Virus record (IMG/VR): IMGVR_UViG_2816332589_000001 | Span: 72,929 to 136,928 of that record | Length of the DNA: 64,000 nucleotides | DNA from: a virus | Lineage: Duplodnaviria; Caudoviricetes | Direction: 5' to 3' (one strand) | Shown: piece by piece, positions 37,612 through 46,570 of the stretch | How the letters are laid out: every line of letters starts with the position of its first letter | Numbering within the stretch: position 1 is the first letter of the stretch | Notes under the pieces: generated by a model | Databases searched by the model: none | What the model was told of the DNA's origin: nothing | Seen by the model: only the letters and a program-made list of their open reading frames with translations | Program-made: the position numbers and the translations under genes

Positions 37612-37995
37612 ATGACGGTGAGCACGCCCACGCTCCTCGACGGCCCCGAGCTGGACGCCTTGGCCCGGCGATTGCTGGTGCCCGTATGGAATGCCCTGAG
37701 CAGCCGCGCGGACGCGCTGCGCCGCAGCCTGCCGCCGCGCCCGGATGCCGCGTCCGGCCGCTACGAATGGTGGCGTGCTCTGGACGCCGAGCAGGCCCGC
37801 CGGGCGGCCCTCCTGGACCGGCTGAACGCGTTGTGCGGACATCTCGCCGGGCGCCCCGCGCTCGGGTACGACCCCAGTGACCCGATGCCGGACGAAGCGC
37901 TGGAGGAAGCCGATGGCTTCGTGAGCGAACCGGTGGCGGCGCTCGTGGCCGTGTACCGAGGCCGGCGGGCGGACCGGTCGGCGCCAGCCCGGTAA
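37612..37995 (+). CDS. Hypothetical protein
   Basis: GGAG RBS. Confidence 0.6.
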   Translation: MTVSTPTLLDGPELDALARRLLVPVWNALSSRADALRRSLPPRPDAASGRYEWWRALDAEQARRAALLDRLNALCGHLAGRPALGYDPSDPMPDEALEEADGFVSEPVAALVAVYRGRRADRSAPAR

Positions 37996-38072
37996 CGACC
38001 CGCCAGTAGGCGGCTACGTTGGGGGACGACGCCTTCGGCGGCCAGCCACCCCCTCTTCGGCAGGAGCGCGCC

Positions 38073-38213
38073 ATGCCGGGTACCAACGGGGACCGGGACA
38101 ACCCCCAGAGCGACGACACCGAGATCAAGGACACCGGGCAGCCGGACACCGGTGACGGGGAGGGGCAGGGCTCGGACGAGGACAAGATGGGTGGCGGCGC
38201 GCCCGGCCAGTGA
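38073..38213 (+). CDS. 46-aa Asp/Gly-rich peptide, candidate RiPP precursor
   Basis: AGGAG RBS; MPGTNGDRDNPQSDDTEIKDTGQPDTGDGEGQGSDEDKMGGGAPGQ ends 13 nt before the PIMT gene. Confidence 0.55.
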   Translation: MPGTNGDRDNPQSDDTEIKDTGQPDTGDGEGQGSDEDKMGGGAPGQ

Positions 38214-38226
38214 TGACGGGGAACCG

Positions 38227-39096
38227 ATGGACGCGACCGAGTTGCGCGAGCGCTGCGCCCGGCAGATCGACGGGTTCAGCGGCGGGTACTTCACGGACCG
38301 GCCGTGGCTGCGGGAGGCGTTCCTGGCGGTGCCGCGGGAGCACTTCGTGCCGGACCGGGTATGGCGGCCGCGTCCCAAGGGCGAGGCGGGCCCGCACCCG
38401 CTGCTGGACCGCACGGCTGACCCGGAGGGGTGGTTGGGGGCCGTGTACGAGCCGACGACGCCTCTGATCACGCAGATCGAGGACGGCGCCGTACGGCCCG
38501 ATGGCCCCGCGGAGTCGAGCGAGTTCACCAGCTCGATCTCCTGCTCGTCGGTCGTGGTCAAGATGTTGCACCACCTCGACCCGCAGGAAGGCGACACGGT
38601 GCTGGAGATCGGCACCGGCACCGGGTACAACGCCGTGCTGCTCGCCGCACGCGTCGGCGCGACGAACGTGGTGAGCATGGAGATCCAGCCGGACATCGCG
38701 GAGCGCGCTGCACGGACGCTGCGTCAGTACAGGGGCGACCGCGACGTGCCGCTTGTCGTGGCCGGGGACGGCGAGTCCGGCTACCCGGAGCGGGCGCCGT
38801 ACGACCGGATCATCTCCACCGCGTGCGTACGGGAGGTCCCACCGGCGTGGCTGGAGCAGGCCGCGCCCGGCGCGGTCATCGTCACCCCGATGGTGACGCC
38901 GTTCGCCGTTGACGCCCTGCTGCGCCTGGTCGCTGACGGCGAGGGCGGCGCCGCTGGCAGCTTCGTCACCGTCGTGTCCTTCATGCGTGCCCGCGGCCAG
39001 CGCCCATACCGGCCGTGGAGCGAAGTGGGGTGGTTCACCCTCCGCGACCTGGACGTGCGCGTGGATGCCGGAGGGCAGCGTATTCGTCTGCACTGA
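38227..39096 (+). CDS. Protein-L-isoaspartate O-methyltransferase (PIMT/PCMT) homolog
   Basis: AFLAVPREHFVP, TSSIS, VLEIGTGTGYNA and APYDRIISTA motifs. Confidence 0.9.
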   Translation: MDATELRERCARQIDGFSGGYFTDRPWLREAFLAVPREHFVPDRVWRPRPKGEAGPHPLLDRTADPEGWLGAVYEPTTPLITQIEDGAVRPDGPAESSEFTSSISCSSVVVKMLHHLDPQEGDTVLEIGTGTGYNAVLLAARVGATNVVSMEIQPDIAERAARTLRQYRGDRDVPLVVAGDGESGYPERAPYDRIISTACVREVPPAWLEQAAPGAVIVTPMVTPFAVDALLRLVADGEGGAAGSFVTVVSFMRARGQRPYRPWSEVGWFTLRDLDVRVDAGGQRIRLH

Positions 39097-39119
39097 CGCG
39101 GACTGAGCCGACCGCCGAC

Positions 39120-39512
39120 TCACGCGGCGGCTACCAGCGCGCCGAGCAACAGCGCCGTGATGTGCGCGGTTTGGTCTACGAATGGCGCCCCGCCCTTCTT
39201 GAAGAAGTCGGTGCTGCCGGTGTTCTCCATCCACCACTGGATCGGCCATCGCCGATCGATAAATCCGTGCGAGAGGCCCACCCAGGCGAGCAGCGCGCCC
39301 GCCCCGGGCAGCGTCAGCGGCAGGCCGAGCAGGGCAGCCCCGGCGCCGAGCGCGAGCGCCGAGGCGACGACGTGCGTCCCTGCGTGGGAGAGCAGGGCCC
39401 GCCAGCCGGCCGCGTTCCGCTGCGCCTTCCGCTCGGCCTGTACATCAGTCTGGAGTGCGTAGTCGGACAGTAAATGCGCGCCGTACAGCAGGATGAAGAG
39501 GGTTGCGAACAA
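39120..39512 (-). CDS. DUF3307-like membrane protein
   Basis: AHLLSDYALQTD...H...H...SHGFIDRR...DQTAH; GGAGG RBS plus TTG. Confidence 0.8.
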   Translation of the reverse strand: MFATLFILLYGAHLLSDYALQTDVQAERKAQRNAAGWRALLSHAGTHVVASALALGAGAALLGLPLTLPGAGALLAWVGLSHGFIDRRWPIQWWMENTGSTDFFKKGGAPFVDQTAHITALLLGALVAAA

Positions 39513-39718
39513 CGGTTGACCTCCTGGTCGGGTTGGACATGCGAGGGCCCGCGCGCCGGTCTCTTGGCCCTGGGCGCGCGGGCCCGTACTGGTGGGTGGT
39601 CGCAAAGACTGCGCTCGATGGCGTTGCTTCGCGAAGTTGAGGCTGGTGGGGCTGGTGGGGCGTTCCAGAGGTGCCCTGGTGGCTGGATAGTCTGGGGTGC
39701 TTACTCGAAAGGACCGTG

Positions 39719-39931
39719 ATGTCGAAGTCCACTACCGTCACCTGCACCCGATGCGCCGCTTCCGCCCCGGTGCCGGAGGATGGGGACTACCGGCCGCTGT
39801 GGGATGCCGGGTGGCGCTGGATCGGGCCGAATCTCATGTCGTGCCCCCCTTGCCCGCCTGTGCTGGTGGTGGACGAGCAGGGACGGCACCGCCGAGGGCC
39901 CGGCGCACCGCCCTTGCGCGCTGTCGCGTAG
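39719..39931 (+). CDS. Small zinc-finger-like protein
   Basis: CTRC...AGWRW...CPPC; GAAAGGA RBS. Confidence 0.55.
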   Translation: MSKSTTVTCTRCAASAPVPEDGDYRPLWDAGWRWIGPNLMSCPPCPPVLVVDEQGRHRRGPGAPPLRAVA

Positions 39932-39960
39932 ACCTGAGCTGAGTGCCGTACGGGGTTGTT

Positions 39961-40449
39961 TCACCGCGCGGCTTCCCACAGGGTTCGGGCGACCTGATCG
40001 ACGCCCCGGGATGGTCGGGGGCGGCTGGGGCAGTCCCAGCCCCGCCGCGGCGGTCGCTGTGCGAGGACCCGCCACCCGGCTCCGCGCAGGCTCGCGCCGC
40101 TTTCCCCGGCCTGCGTGTACGTGATCAGCCGCGTGTAGCCCAACGCCTTCGCCGCCCGCCACGCTGCGCCGTACAGCAAGCTGTTCGCGTTGGCCGTGCC
40201 GTCGCTCGCGGTCCTGGTGACCTCCAGCGTCAGGCCGTCGTCGTACAGCCGGGCCACCGGTCGGCCCACCATCGCGACTGCGTGTAGCACTCCGTCGTCG
40301 TCGGCCGCGCCCACGCTGAACACGGCTCCGGCAGGTGGCCGGTGATGTCGGTGCCAGGCAGCGACGAACGTTTTCGCGTCCTTCTGCCGGACCGGCACGA
40401 GGTGCAGTCTCGGGCGTTCCGGCGCGGCGTCCGGGTGCGGTCGGGGCAC
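39961..40449 (-). CDS. XF1762-like protein (GNAT/Mom-related fold)
   Basis: FVAAWHRHHRPP...VGRPVAR..DDGLTLEVTR...ALGYTRLITYTQAGESGASLRGAGW. Confidence 0.8.
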   Translation of the reverse strand: MPRPHPDAAPERPRLHLVPVRQKDAKTFVAAWHRHHRPPAGAVFSVGAADDDGVLHAVAMVGRPVARLYDDGLTLEVTRTASDGTANANSLLYGAAWRAAKALGYTRLITYTQAGESGASLRGAGWRVLAQRPPRRGWDCPSRPRPSRGVDQVARTLWEAAR

Positions 40450-40591
40450 GGAAAGGTCCTCCGCGGTGCGGGGGCGCCCGCTGCGCCCCGGAGGCCGCGC
40501 ACCATGCGGCCCGCCGTGCCGTACCGTCCCGGGCACCGGGCCGCCGGGCAGCGGGCGACACTAAGCGGCCGGGCGCTCTACGTTCCGCGCC

Positions 40592-41332
40592 ATGACGAAC
40601 AGCAGCTCGCGCGGCCGTGGCCGTCCGACCCTCCTGACCCCGCAGCTCATCGCCCGCCTCGCGAAGGCGGTCCAGAGCGGCAAGACCCGGGCGGAGGCCG
40701 CCGACGAGGTCGGCGTTTCCCTCTCCGCGCTTCAGAAGTGGATCACGGTTGGCCGCCGGGCCCGCTCCGCCGGCGTCATGCCGGTCACCAAGCGGAACGG
40801 CGAACAGCTCGCGCTGCGCCTGGTCCACGCTCTGGAGGTGGCCGAGCGTAAGAACCGGGCGATCACCGCGATCCTGTCCCCCGCCGAGCTGCGCCCCACG
40901 CTGCCCAGCACCTACAAGCCGATCGGCCGTCCGGCACTGCTCACCGAGACGGTGCTCGACGCGGTCGCGCCGCTCGTCGCGGCCGGGAAGATCGGGGAGG
41001 CGGGCCGGGCGGCCGGAGTGGACCGGCGCAGCGTGCAGCGGTGGCTCGTGCGCGGCGCGGAGGTCCATGCGACGGGTTCCGCGCGCACCGAGTACGAGCG
41101 GCTGTGCGGCCTGTTGTACGCGCGAGCCCACGCGCCCGTCGAAGGGCAGGGTTCGGCGTCCGCTGAGGAGACGCCCACCGCGCCGGCGCCCGAGGAGTCT
41201 GAAAGGCCAGCTGCGCCCGACGGCCCGGCTCGGGCCGTTCCCGACATCGTCGTCAGCACCAAACCGCGGCGCCGCCTCCTCGGCGGCTTGATCTCGTCCC
41301 GGTTCGGCCTCCGCCGGACGGACCGCGTGTGA
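40592..41332 (+). CDS. Tandem-HTH DNA-binding protein (terminase-small-subunit-like GRPxLLT HTH, twice)
   Basis: GRPTLLTPQ...AADEVGVSLSALQKWITVG and GRPALLTET...AGRAAGVDRRSVQRWLVRG. Confidence 0.75.
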   Translation: MTNSSSRGRGRPTLLTPQLIARLAKAVQSGKTRAEAADEVGVSLSALQKWITVGRRARSAGVMPVTKRNGEQLALRLVHALEVAERKNRAITAILSPAELRPTLPSTYKPIGRPALLTETVLDAVAPLVAAGKIGEAGRAAGVDRRSVQRWLVRGAEVHATGSARTEYERLCGLLYARAHAPVEGQGSASAEETPTAPAPEESERPAAPDGPARAVPDIVVSTKPRRRLLGGLISSRFGLRRTDRV

Positions 41333-41350
41333 CCTGCGAAAACAATCCAG

Positions 41351-41472
41351 GTGCGCTGGAGCGCATCAGGGTTTCCTAGTGCGGTGGAGCGCACCTGGTG
41401 AAAACCTCGTGCGCTCCACCGCATCAGGTCACGTGCGCTCCACCGCATCTGGCCTGATGCGCTGGAGCGCAC
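41351..41472. repeat. Cluster of five 16-bp quasi-palindromes RTGCGSTSSASCGCAY
   Basis: Copies start at 41351, 41379, 41409, 41433 and 41457. Confidence 0.9.
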
Positions 41473-41701
41473 GTAAACAAGAAGAACCCAACACAACCGA
41501 AGGAAGAAGACGAACAAGGCCCGTGGCCAGGCAAGTGCACTGCCGCGGGCCGCGTCGTGGACACCGGAAAGTTCTCGGCCGACAAGCGGCCTCATCCCGG
41601 GACGCAAACTCTGCTCGCCGGCACCTTCCAGCTCGACCCCGCTCCAGGCCGGACCGCCGAACCCCTCGGCGCGCCCGGCACGAACGAACGGAACAGAGCA
41701 C

Positions 41702-42217
41702 ATGAAGCCCACCGTGATGAAGGCCCTCGAAGAGTGGAAGGAAGCCTCCGACCACCTCCAGGACCGCGCAGTCAACGCGCTGCGCCTGGCCCTGCCGGGC
41801 CTCGACTACAGCAAGACCCCGCCCTACTGCTGCCCGGCGACCCTCGACATCGCCCAGGCCGACGGTCTCGGTGACGGCCGGATCTGCATCGATGACGACC
41901 GCCGCGCCACGATCGAGCTGGACCACGTCCCCAACGCGGTCATCGCCGAAGCCGTCGATGAGGTCTTCGGGATCGGCTGGTTCGACAACGCCGACGAAGC
42001 GCTGGAGGACTGCGGGCCCGGCTCGTACTTCTACGACGACGAGACCAGCGGCTCCGAGTACGAGGTCCGCCTCAGCGAGAACCCGGACGACGGCCACGTG
42101 GCCGTCTCCTACGTCCCGATCCCGTACGCCGTCGAACTCCTCGACGCGCTCACCGCCGCCTACGACCGCCAACGCCAGGAGGCCACCGACGGCGCCCGGG
42201 ACGGTAGCGCTGCCTGA
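41702..42217 (+). CDS. Highly acidic hypothetical protein
   Basis: 171 aa, D/E-rich. Confidence 0.7.
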   Translation: MKPTVMKALEEWKEASDHLQDRAVNALRLALPGLDYSKTPPYCCPATLDIAQADGLGDGRICIDDDRRATIELDHVPNAVIAEAVDEVFGIGWFDNADEALEDCGPGSYFYDDETSGSEYEVRLSENPDDGHVAVSYVPIPYAVELLDALTAAYDRQRQEATDGARDGSAA

Positions 42218-42302
42218 CGTGCATGTTCCCGTCCTCGCTCTCGCCGCTCTCCCCGCGGCCAACCCCGGCCCAGCGCGCGGGAGCAGGACGGAGAACACCG
42301 CC

Positions 42303-42665
42303 GTGGCCACTCGACGCCGTACGGGCCCGACGGACGTCGTCCGCCAGCTCGTGCATCTGCGCGACGGCGGGCGCTGCGTACGCTGCGACAGCCCCCGCTC
42401 CCTGACGATCCACCACCGCGTCAACCGCGGCATGGGCGGCGCCCGCGAGGAGTGGATCAACCAGCCGCAGAACCTGCTCCTGGTGTGCACCATCTGCAAC
42501 ATGTGGTTCGAGGATCATCCGCGGGAGTCGTACAGCGAGGGCTGGAAGGTGCGCCGCCCGATGCTCCCCGGCGAGATGACCGTCCGCTACCCGAACGGCG
42601 CCCACTACGCCCTGCACCCCGACGGCACCCGCAGTCGCGTCACCCCCGCCGGAGGCTCCCGATGA
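42303..42665 (+). CDS. HNH endonuclease
   Basis: RDGGRCVRC...IHHR..RGMGG...NLLLVCTICN. Confidence 0.85.
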   Translation: MATRRRTGPTDVVRQLVHLRDGGRCVRCDSPRSLTIHHRVNRGMGGAREEWINQPQNLLLVCTICNMWFEDHPRESYSEGWKVRRPMLPGEMTVRYPNGAHYALHPDGTRSRVTPAGGSR

Positions 42666-43087
42666 AGGCCCGCGCCACCCCGCTCACCTACCGCTGGCAC
42701 CTCCTGATGTGGCGCGGCGGCTCCCGCCTCGCCGTCGGCCCGGTACGGAGCTATGAGACAGGCCAGCCCCGCACCATCGGCGCCACCCTCAGCGTCGCCC
42801 GCCTCACCATCGGCATCATGAGCGCCGTCGGTCACACACTGACGTGCACCGGGCATTGGTACCGCGACTTCGGCCGGCGGTTGGGCTGCTTTTCCGTCGG
42901 CGGGTGGCGCGTCACTGGCCGGGCCGTGCCCGTCAGCGCCGGGTGGATGGTCCGCGGCGCGGCGGGTGAGGAGAAGCGCAACGGCTTCAGCGTGACCCTC
43001 GCCTCCCGCACGCTGTACGTGCTGCGGCTGTGCACGCGCGCCGAGCAGCGCGCGCGTTACTCCTGCCAGCCGATCCGGAAGCGTTAG
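42662..43087 (+). CDS. Hypothetical protein
   Basis: ATGA coupling to the HNH gene; GGAGG RBS. Confidence 0.6.
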   Translation: MKARATPLTYRWHLLMWRGGSRLAVGPVRSYETGQPRTIGATLSVARLTIGIMSAVGHTLTCTGHWYRDFGRRLGCFSVGGWRVTGRAVPVSAGWMVRGAAGEEKRNGFSVTLASRTLYVLRLCTRAEQRARYSCQPIRKR

Positions 43088-43136
43088 GTGCGTGTCGGCC
43101 AGGTCGCCATGATCGCTTGGTGTGATCGTGGTGGGC

Positions 43137-43310
43137 ATGAGCGATGGTCACATCTGCGATGACCGGTGCCGCCCGGCCACCTGCCAAGAGCTGGCTGCCC
43201 TCCTCGGCGGCCGACACCCGGGCGACTGGATGTGCTCCGACGGCACAGCCGACGCGACCTACGAGTACTGGCTCGATGACGAACTCGGCGGGGACGACGC
43301 CCCCGCCTGA
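43137..43310 (+). CDS. Small hypothetical protein
   Basis: Short acidic Cys-containing ORF. Confidence 0.4.
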   Translation: MSDGHICDDRCRPATCQELAALLGGRHPGDWMCSDGTADATYEYWLDDELGGDDAPA

Positions 43311-43370
43311 AGCCGACCCTCTCAGGCGGCGACCGGAACGCGCGCGCTCGGTCGCCCAGCCTCTCCGAAG

Positions 43371-43390
43371 CGGACGTGGTGTACATTTTC
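43371..43390 (+). promoter_or_regulatory. GGACGTGGTGTACA box without leader hairpin
   Basis: CGGACGTGGTGTACATTTTC upstream of 43466. Confidence 0.7.
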
Positions 43391-43465
43391 AGGAGAAGGA
43401 CGAACGGCTAGGGGCGGCCCCTGCCACCAGCGCCCCGCGGCGCGCACCCGGAAACGGGAAACACC

Positions 43466-44503
43466 ATGACCACCGACTACGAGCAGCTTCGCCAGAAGGC
43501 CCAGGACGAGGTCAACGAAGAACTCGCCAGCGTGAAGGACCCCTTCGAGCGGCGCGCCGCCGCCGAGGAGATCCGCGACCAGGCGCACATGGAACTGTCC
43601 GCGCTGAAGGAAGAGCGCAAGGAACTCATCGCCTCCGCGGCCCTGTACGAGTACACCCCGCAGCTCCACGAGCGGTTCGGCATCAAGCGCCTCCAGATGA
43701 AGCGCCTGGCCATGGACGTACTCCGAGGTCTCAAAGGCCGCGAGAACTGGATCAGCCCTCCGTCGTGGCCCGCGGACCGGGCCAAGGCCGCTCGCCGCGC
43801 CGGTATCCCCCACCCCGACAATGTCGTGGAGCAGGCCGAGAAGATCGCAGCCCGGTACGAGTACGCCGAAGCGCGCCGCGATGCTGCGGTCACGCACCTG
43901 GAAGCTGCGCACGAAGCTGTGCGGCTCGCCGGCGGCCGGGTCAAAGTCCCCGCTCTGGAGCGCCGCAACTTCGATGCTGTCCGCAAGAGAGCCCGCAACA
44001 AGGTGATGCGGCAGTTCGCCAAGCTCATCGTCGGGCCGGAGGAACTGTTGCGGGCCGCGGCCGAGGCCGTTGACCGGGCGGAAGAGGATGCCGCCGACCT
44101 GCTGGTCGAGCGCGACGCTGCGATGAACAGCCTCAGCTTCTACACCACCGCACGGGGCGTGTACTACTCCGCGGGCATTTCTCGGCAGGGTCTGGTCCGC
44201 GCCCAGCAGCGGGCCTTGAAGCTGAAGCGCGATGAGAAGGTGCCGCCGCGAGCCGAGCAGCCGGCCGCGGCCCGCCGCGCCGGGGTGAAGTTCATCGAGG
44301 ACGCGGACAAGAAGCTGCCGAAGCTTGCCAGCGCGTATGAGGCGGCCGTGGCCCGGCACGCGGCCGCCATCGAGATCCGCGACGAGGCGGTACGGGCGCT
44401 GCACGCCGCCCCCCACGCCTGGTCCCGTTCTCAGCTCGCCGAGGCCATCGGCCGCGATCACAAGATCGTGGCCCGCATCGTGAACCCCGACAGAACCTCA
44501 TGA
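43466..44503 (+). CDS. Internally duplicated helical protein with C-terminal HTH
   Basis: Two halves share AARRAG(I/V)...YE.A.AR..AA; tail WSRSQLAEAIGRDHKIVARIV. Confidence 0.7.
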   Translation: MTTDYEQLRQKAQDEVNEELASVKDPFERRAAAEEIRDQAHMELSALKEERKELIASAALYEYTPQLHERFGIKRLQMKRLAMDVLRGLKGRENWISPPSWPADRAKAARRAGIPHPDNVVEQAEKIAARYEYAEARRDAAVTHLEAAHEAVRLAGGRVKVPALERRNFDAVRKRARNKVMRQFAKLIVGPEELLRAAAEAVDRAEEDAADLLVERDAAMNSLSFYTTARGVYYSAGISRQGLVRAQQRALKLKRDEKVPPRAEQPAAARRAGVKFIEDADKKLPKLASAYEAAVARHAAAIEIRDEAVRALHAAPHAWSRSQLAEAIGRDHKIVARIVNPDRTS

Positions 44504-44766
44504 AGATTTTTCCGGAGAGCCTGTAACGCCTGGCGGACTCACTCCGTCTATGGCGGTGAAGTCAATCTCCAAGTTGATCGGTTGGTCACCCCACACGGGG
44601 CGGCTCCCACTCCCCTCGGGAGCCGCCCCACCATCCACTTCGGCCCCCGCCCCTGATCACGCGCCGCTCCCACCTCCCCCAGGGTGGCCGCAGCGGAGGC
44701 ACGAGACCGGGCGGGGGCCGCTGACTGCCCGGGACGCAAGCAGGCGCCACGCCGCACGGTGCGCCC

Positions 44767-46533
44767 ATGGCCGCCCCGAAGACTCCCACCCCCGCCGTGG
44801 CCGCTGCACAGGCCGCCGTCGAGAACCGCTCCGGCATCCGCTCCCGCATCGCCTCCAGCGAAGCTGACCTCCTGCTGCGCGCCCCGGTCGCGGCCCGCCG
44901 TGCCGCGATCAAGACCCTCGACACCGCGGACCTCGCGCACGTCCTGGCCGAGGTCGAGCGGGAGACCGGCACCCTCTACGGCCTGTGGGCCGACACCCCC
45001 AGCGGGTTCATCGAGGACTGCTTGGGTGAATCGATCTGGAGCAAGCAGCGGGACATCGTGGACGCCGTCCCGAAGTACAAGCGCACGATGGTCCCCGCCG
45101 GATTCGGTGTCGGAAAAACGTTCATCGCCGGGCGCTTGGTGGCGTGGGCCGGAGCGACGAACCCGGTCGGCACGATGCTCGTCGTCACCACGGCGACGCG
45201 GTTCCGGCAGGTACGGAACCAGCTGTGGCCGCACATCCGCAAGGTCGTCTCCCGGGCGGGCCTGCCCGGCTTCTGCGACGAAGTGCAGTGGAAGATCCCC
45301 GACCAGTGGGGCAACGACGTGCGCGTTGCGTACGGCTTCACCGCCCAGGCGCACGACGAGGCGTCGATGCAGGGCATCCACGGCAACCCGAAGCTTTTGA
45401 TCGTGGTGGACGAGGCCGGCGGTATCGCCCGCTCGATCGGCAACGGCACCAACAATCTCCTCACCGGCGAAGCGGCGCTCCTGGCCATCGGGAACCCGGC
45501 GATGGACGACCCCCGGTCGTGGTTCGAGGTGATGTGCGAGGAGGGCGACGACCCGGAGGAGCCCGGCACCGTCACCATCCCCATCGCGACGTACGACAGC
45601 CCCGCCATCACGGGCGAGAAGGTGCCGTACTGCCTGGACTGCCCGCGCTCCGTCGAACCGCACTCCCTCGCTGTCCACCTTCCTGACCAGGACTGGATCG
45701 ACCGCACGATCCGCGAGTACGGCGAGGACCACCCGTACGTCATCGCCAAGGTCCACGCGAAGTTCCCCAAGGGCGGCGGCGGCAAGGTCATCCCGGTCAC
45801 CTGGGTCGAGGACGCCAAGAGGAACGAGGACCCGACCGGGCCCGGCTGGGTGCGGCTGTGCGACCTCGGCCTGCCCGGCGAGACCGCCAAGCACACCGTC
45901 AAGCGCGGCTCCTGGGTACGCCTCGGCGTGGACGTGGCCGCGGACGGAGGCGATGAGTTCACGATCTACCGGATCGTCGGAGACGCGATCGAGCACCGTC
46001 ACCACTCGTCCGGCTCCGCCAACGACAACCAGGTGAAAGTCGCCAAGCGGATCTTGGAGGAGGTGCACGCCGCGGAACGGCTGGCGCAGGCCCTCGGCTC
46101 CACCGCGAAGGTGCACGTCAAGATCGACAAGAACGGGCTCGGGCACGGCGCCGTGGGCATGCTCGAAGTCTGGGGGGAGAACGGACAGCACGACTCGGAG
46201 ATCATCGGCGTGATGGTCTCCGAGTCCCCCGACCGCGACGACCCCGGCGCCACCATGCGGCCCTACCGGAAACGCGACGAGATGTGGCTCGCCACCAGGG
46301 CCCTGCTCCAGCCCGATCCGGCCACCGGTACCGGCCGGCTGCGGCTGCGCGTGGACCGCGAGGCCGCCATCCAGCTCACCACCCCAAACCTCGGCAACAA
46401 CGCCGGCGGCTACGCCGTGGTCGAGTCGAAGAAGCAGATGAAGGCCCGCGGCATGAAGTCGCCGGACCGGGCCGAAGGCATCCTCCTGGCCGTCTACGAG
46501 CCGCACGTCCGCCGCCGCGGACTCATAGCCTGA
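44767..46533 (+). CDS. terL: Phage terminase large subunit
   Basis: Walker A AGFGVGKT, Walker B IVVDEA, IGNP coupling motif, nuclease GVDVA..GGD and KSPDRAE. Confidence 0.92.
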   Translation: MAAPKTPTPAVAAAQAAVENRSGIRSRIASSEADLLLRAPVAARRAAIKTLDTADLAHVLAEVERETGTLYGLWADTPSGFIEDCLGESIWSKQRDIVDAVPKYKRTMVPAGFGVGKTFIAGRLVAWAGATNPVGTMLVVTTATRFRQVRNQLWPHIRKVVSRAGLPGFCDEVQWKIPDQWGNDVRVAYGFTAQAHDEASMQGIHGNPKLLIVVDEAGGIARSIGNGTNNLLTGEAALLAIGNPAMDDPRSWFEVMCEEGDDPEEPGTVTIPIATYDSPAITGEKVPYCLDCPRSVEPHSLAVHLPDQDWIDRTIREYGEDHPYVIAKVHAKFPKGGGGKVIPVTWVEDAKRNEDPTGPGWVRLCDLGLPGETAKHTVKRGSWVRLGVDVAADGGDEFTIYRIVGDAIEHRHHSSGSANDNQVKVAKRILEEVHAAERLAQALGSTAKVHVKIDKNGLGHGAVGMLEVWGENGQHDSEIIGVMVSESPDRDDPGATMRPYRKRDEMWLATRALLQPDPATGTGRLRLRVDREAAIQLTTPNLGNNAGGYAVVESKKQMKARGMKSPDRAEGILLAVYEPHVRRRGLIA

Positions 46534-46570
46534 CCGGCCCGCTGGCAGCTCCCGACGTAGATTCGCAATC

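Noticed and set aside
12618-37995. Classical integron
   Set aside because: The hairpins lack RYYYAAC/GTTRRRY attC ends, and no IntI-type integrase lies next to the array; only a functional analogy is proposed.
41677-41701. GGCACGAACGAACGG as an eighth leader copy
   Set aside because: The loop differs, there is no convincing stem and no downstream CGCTC.
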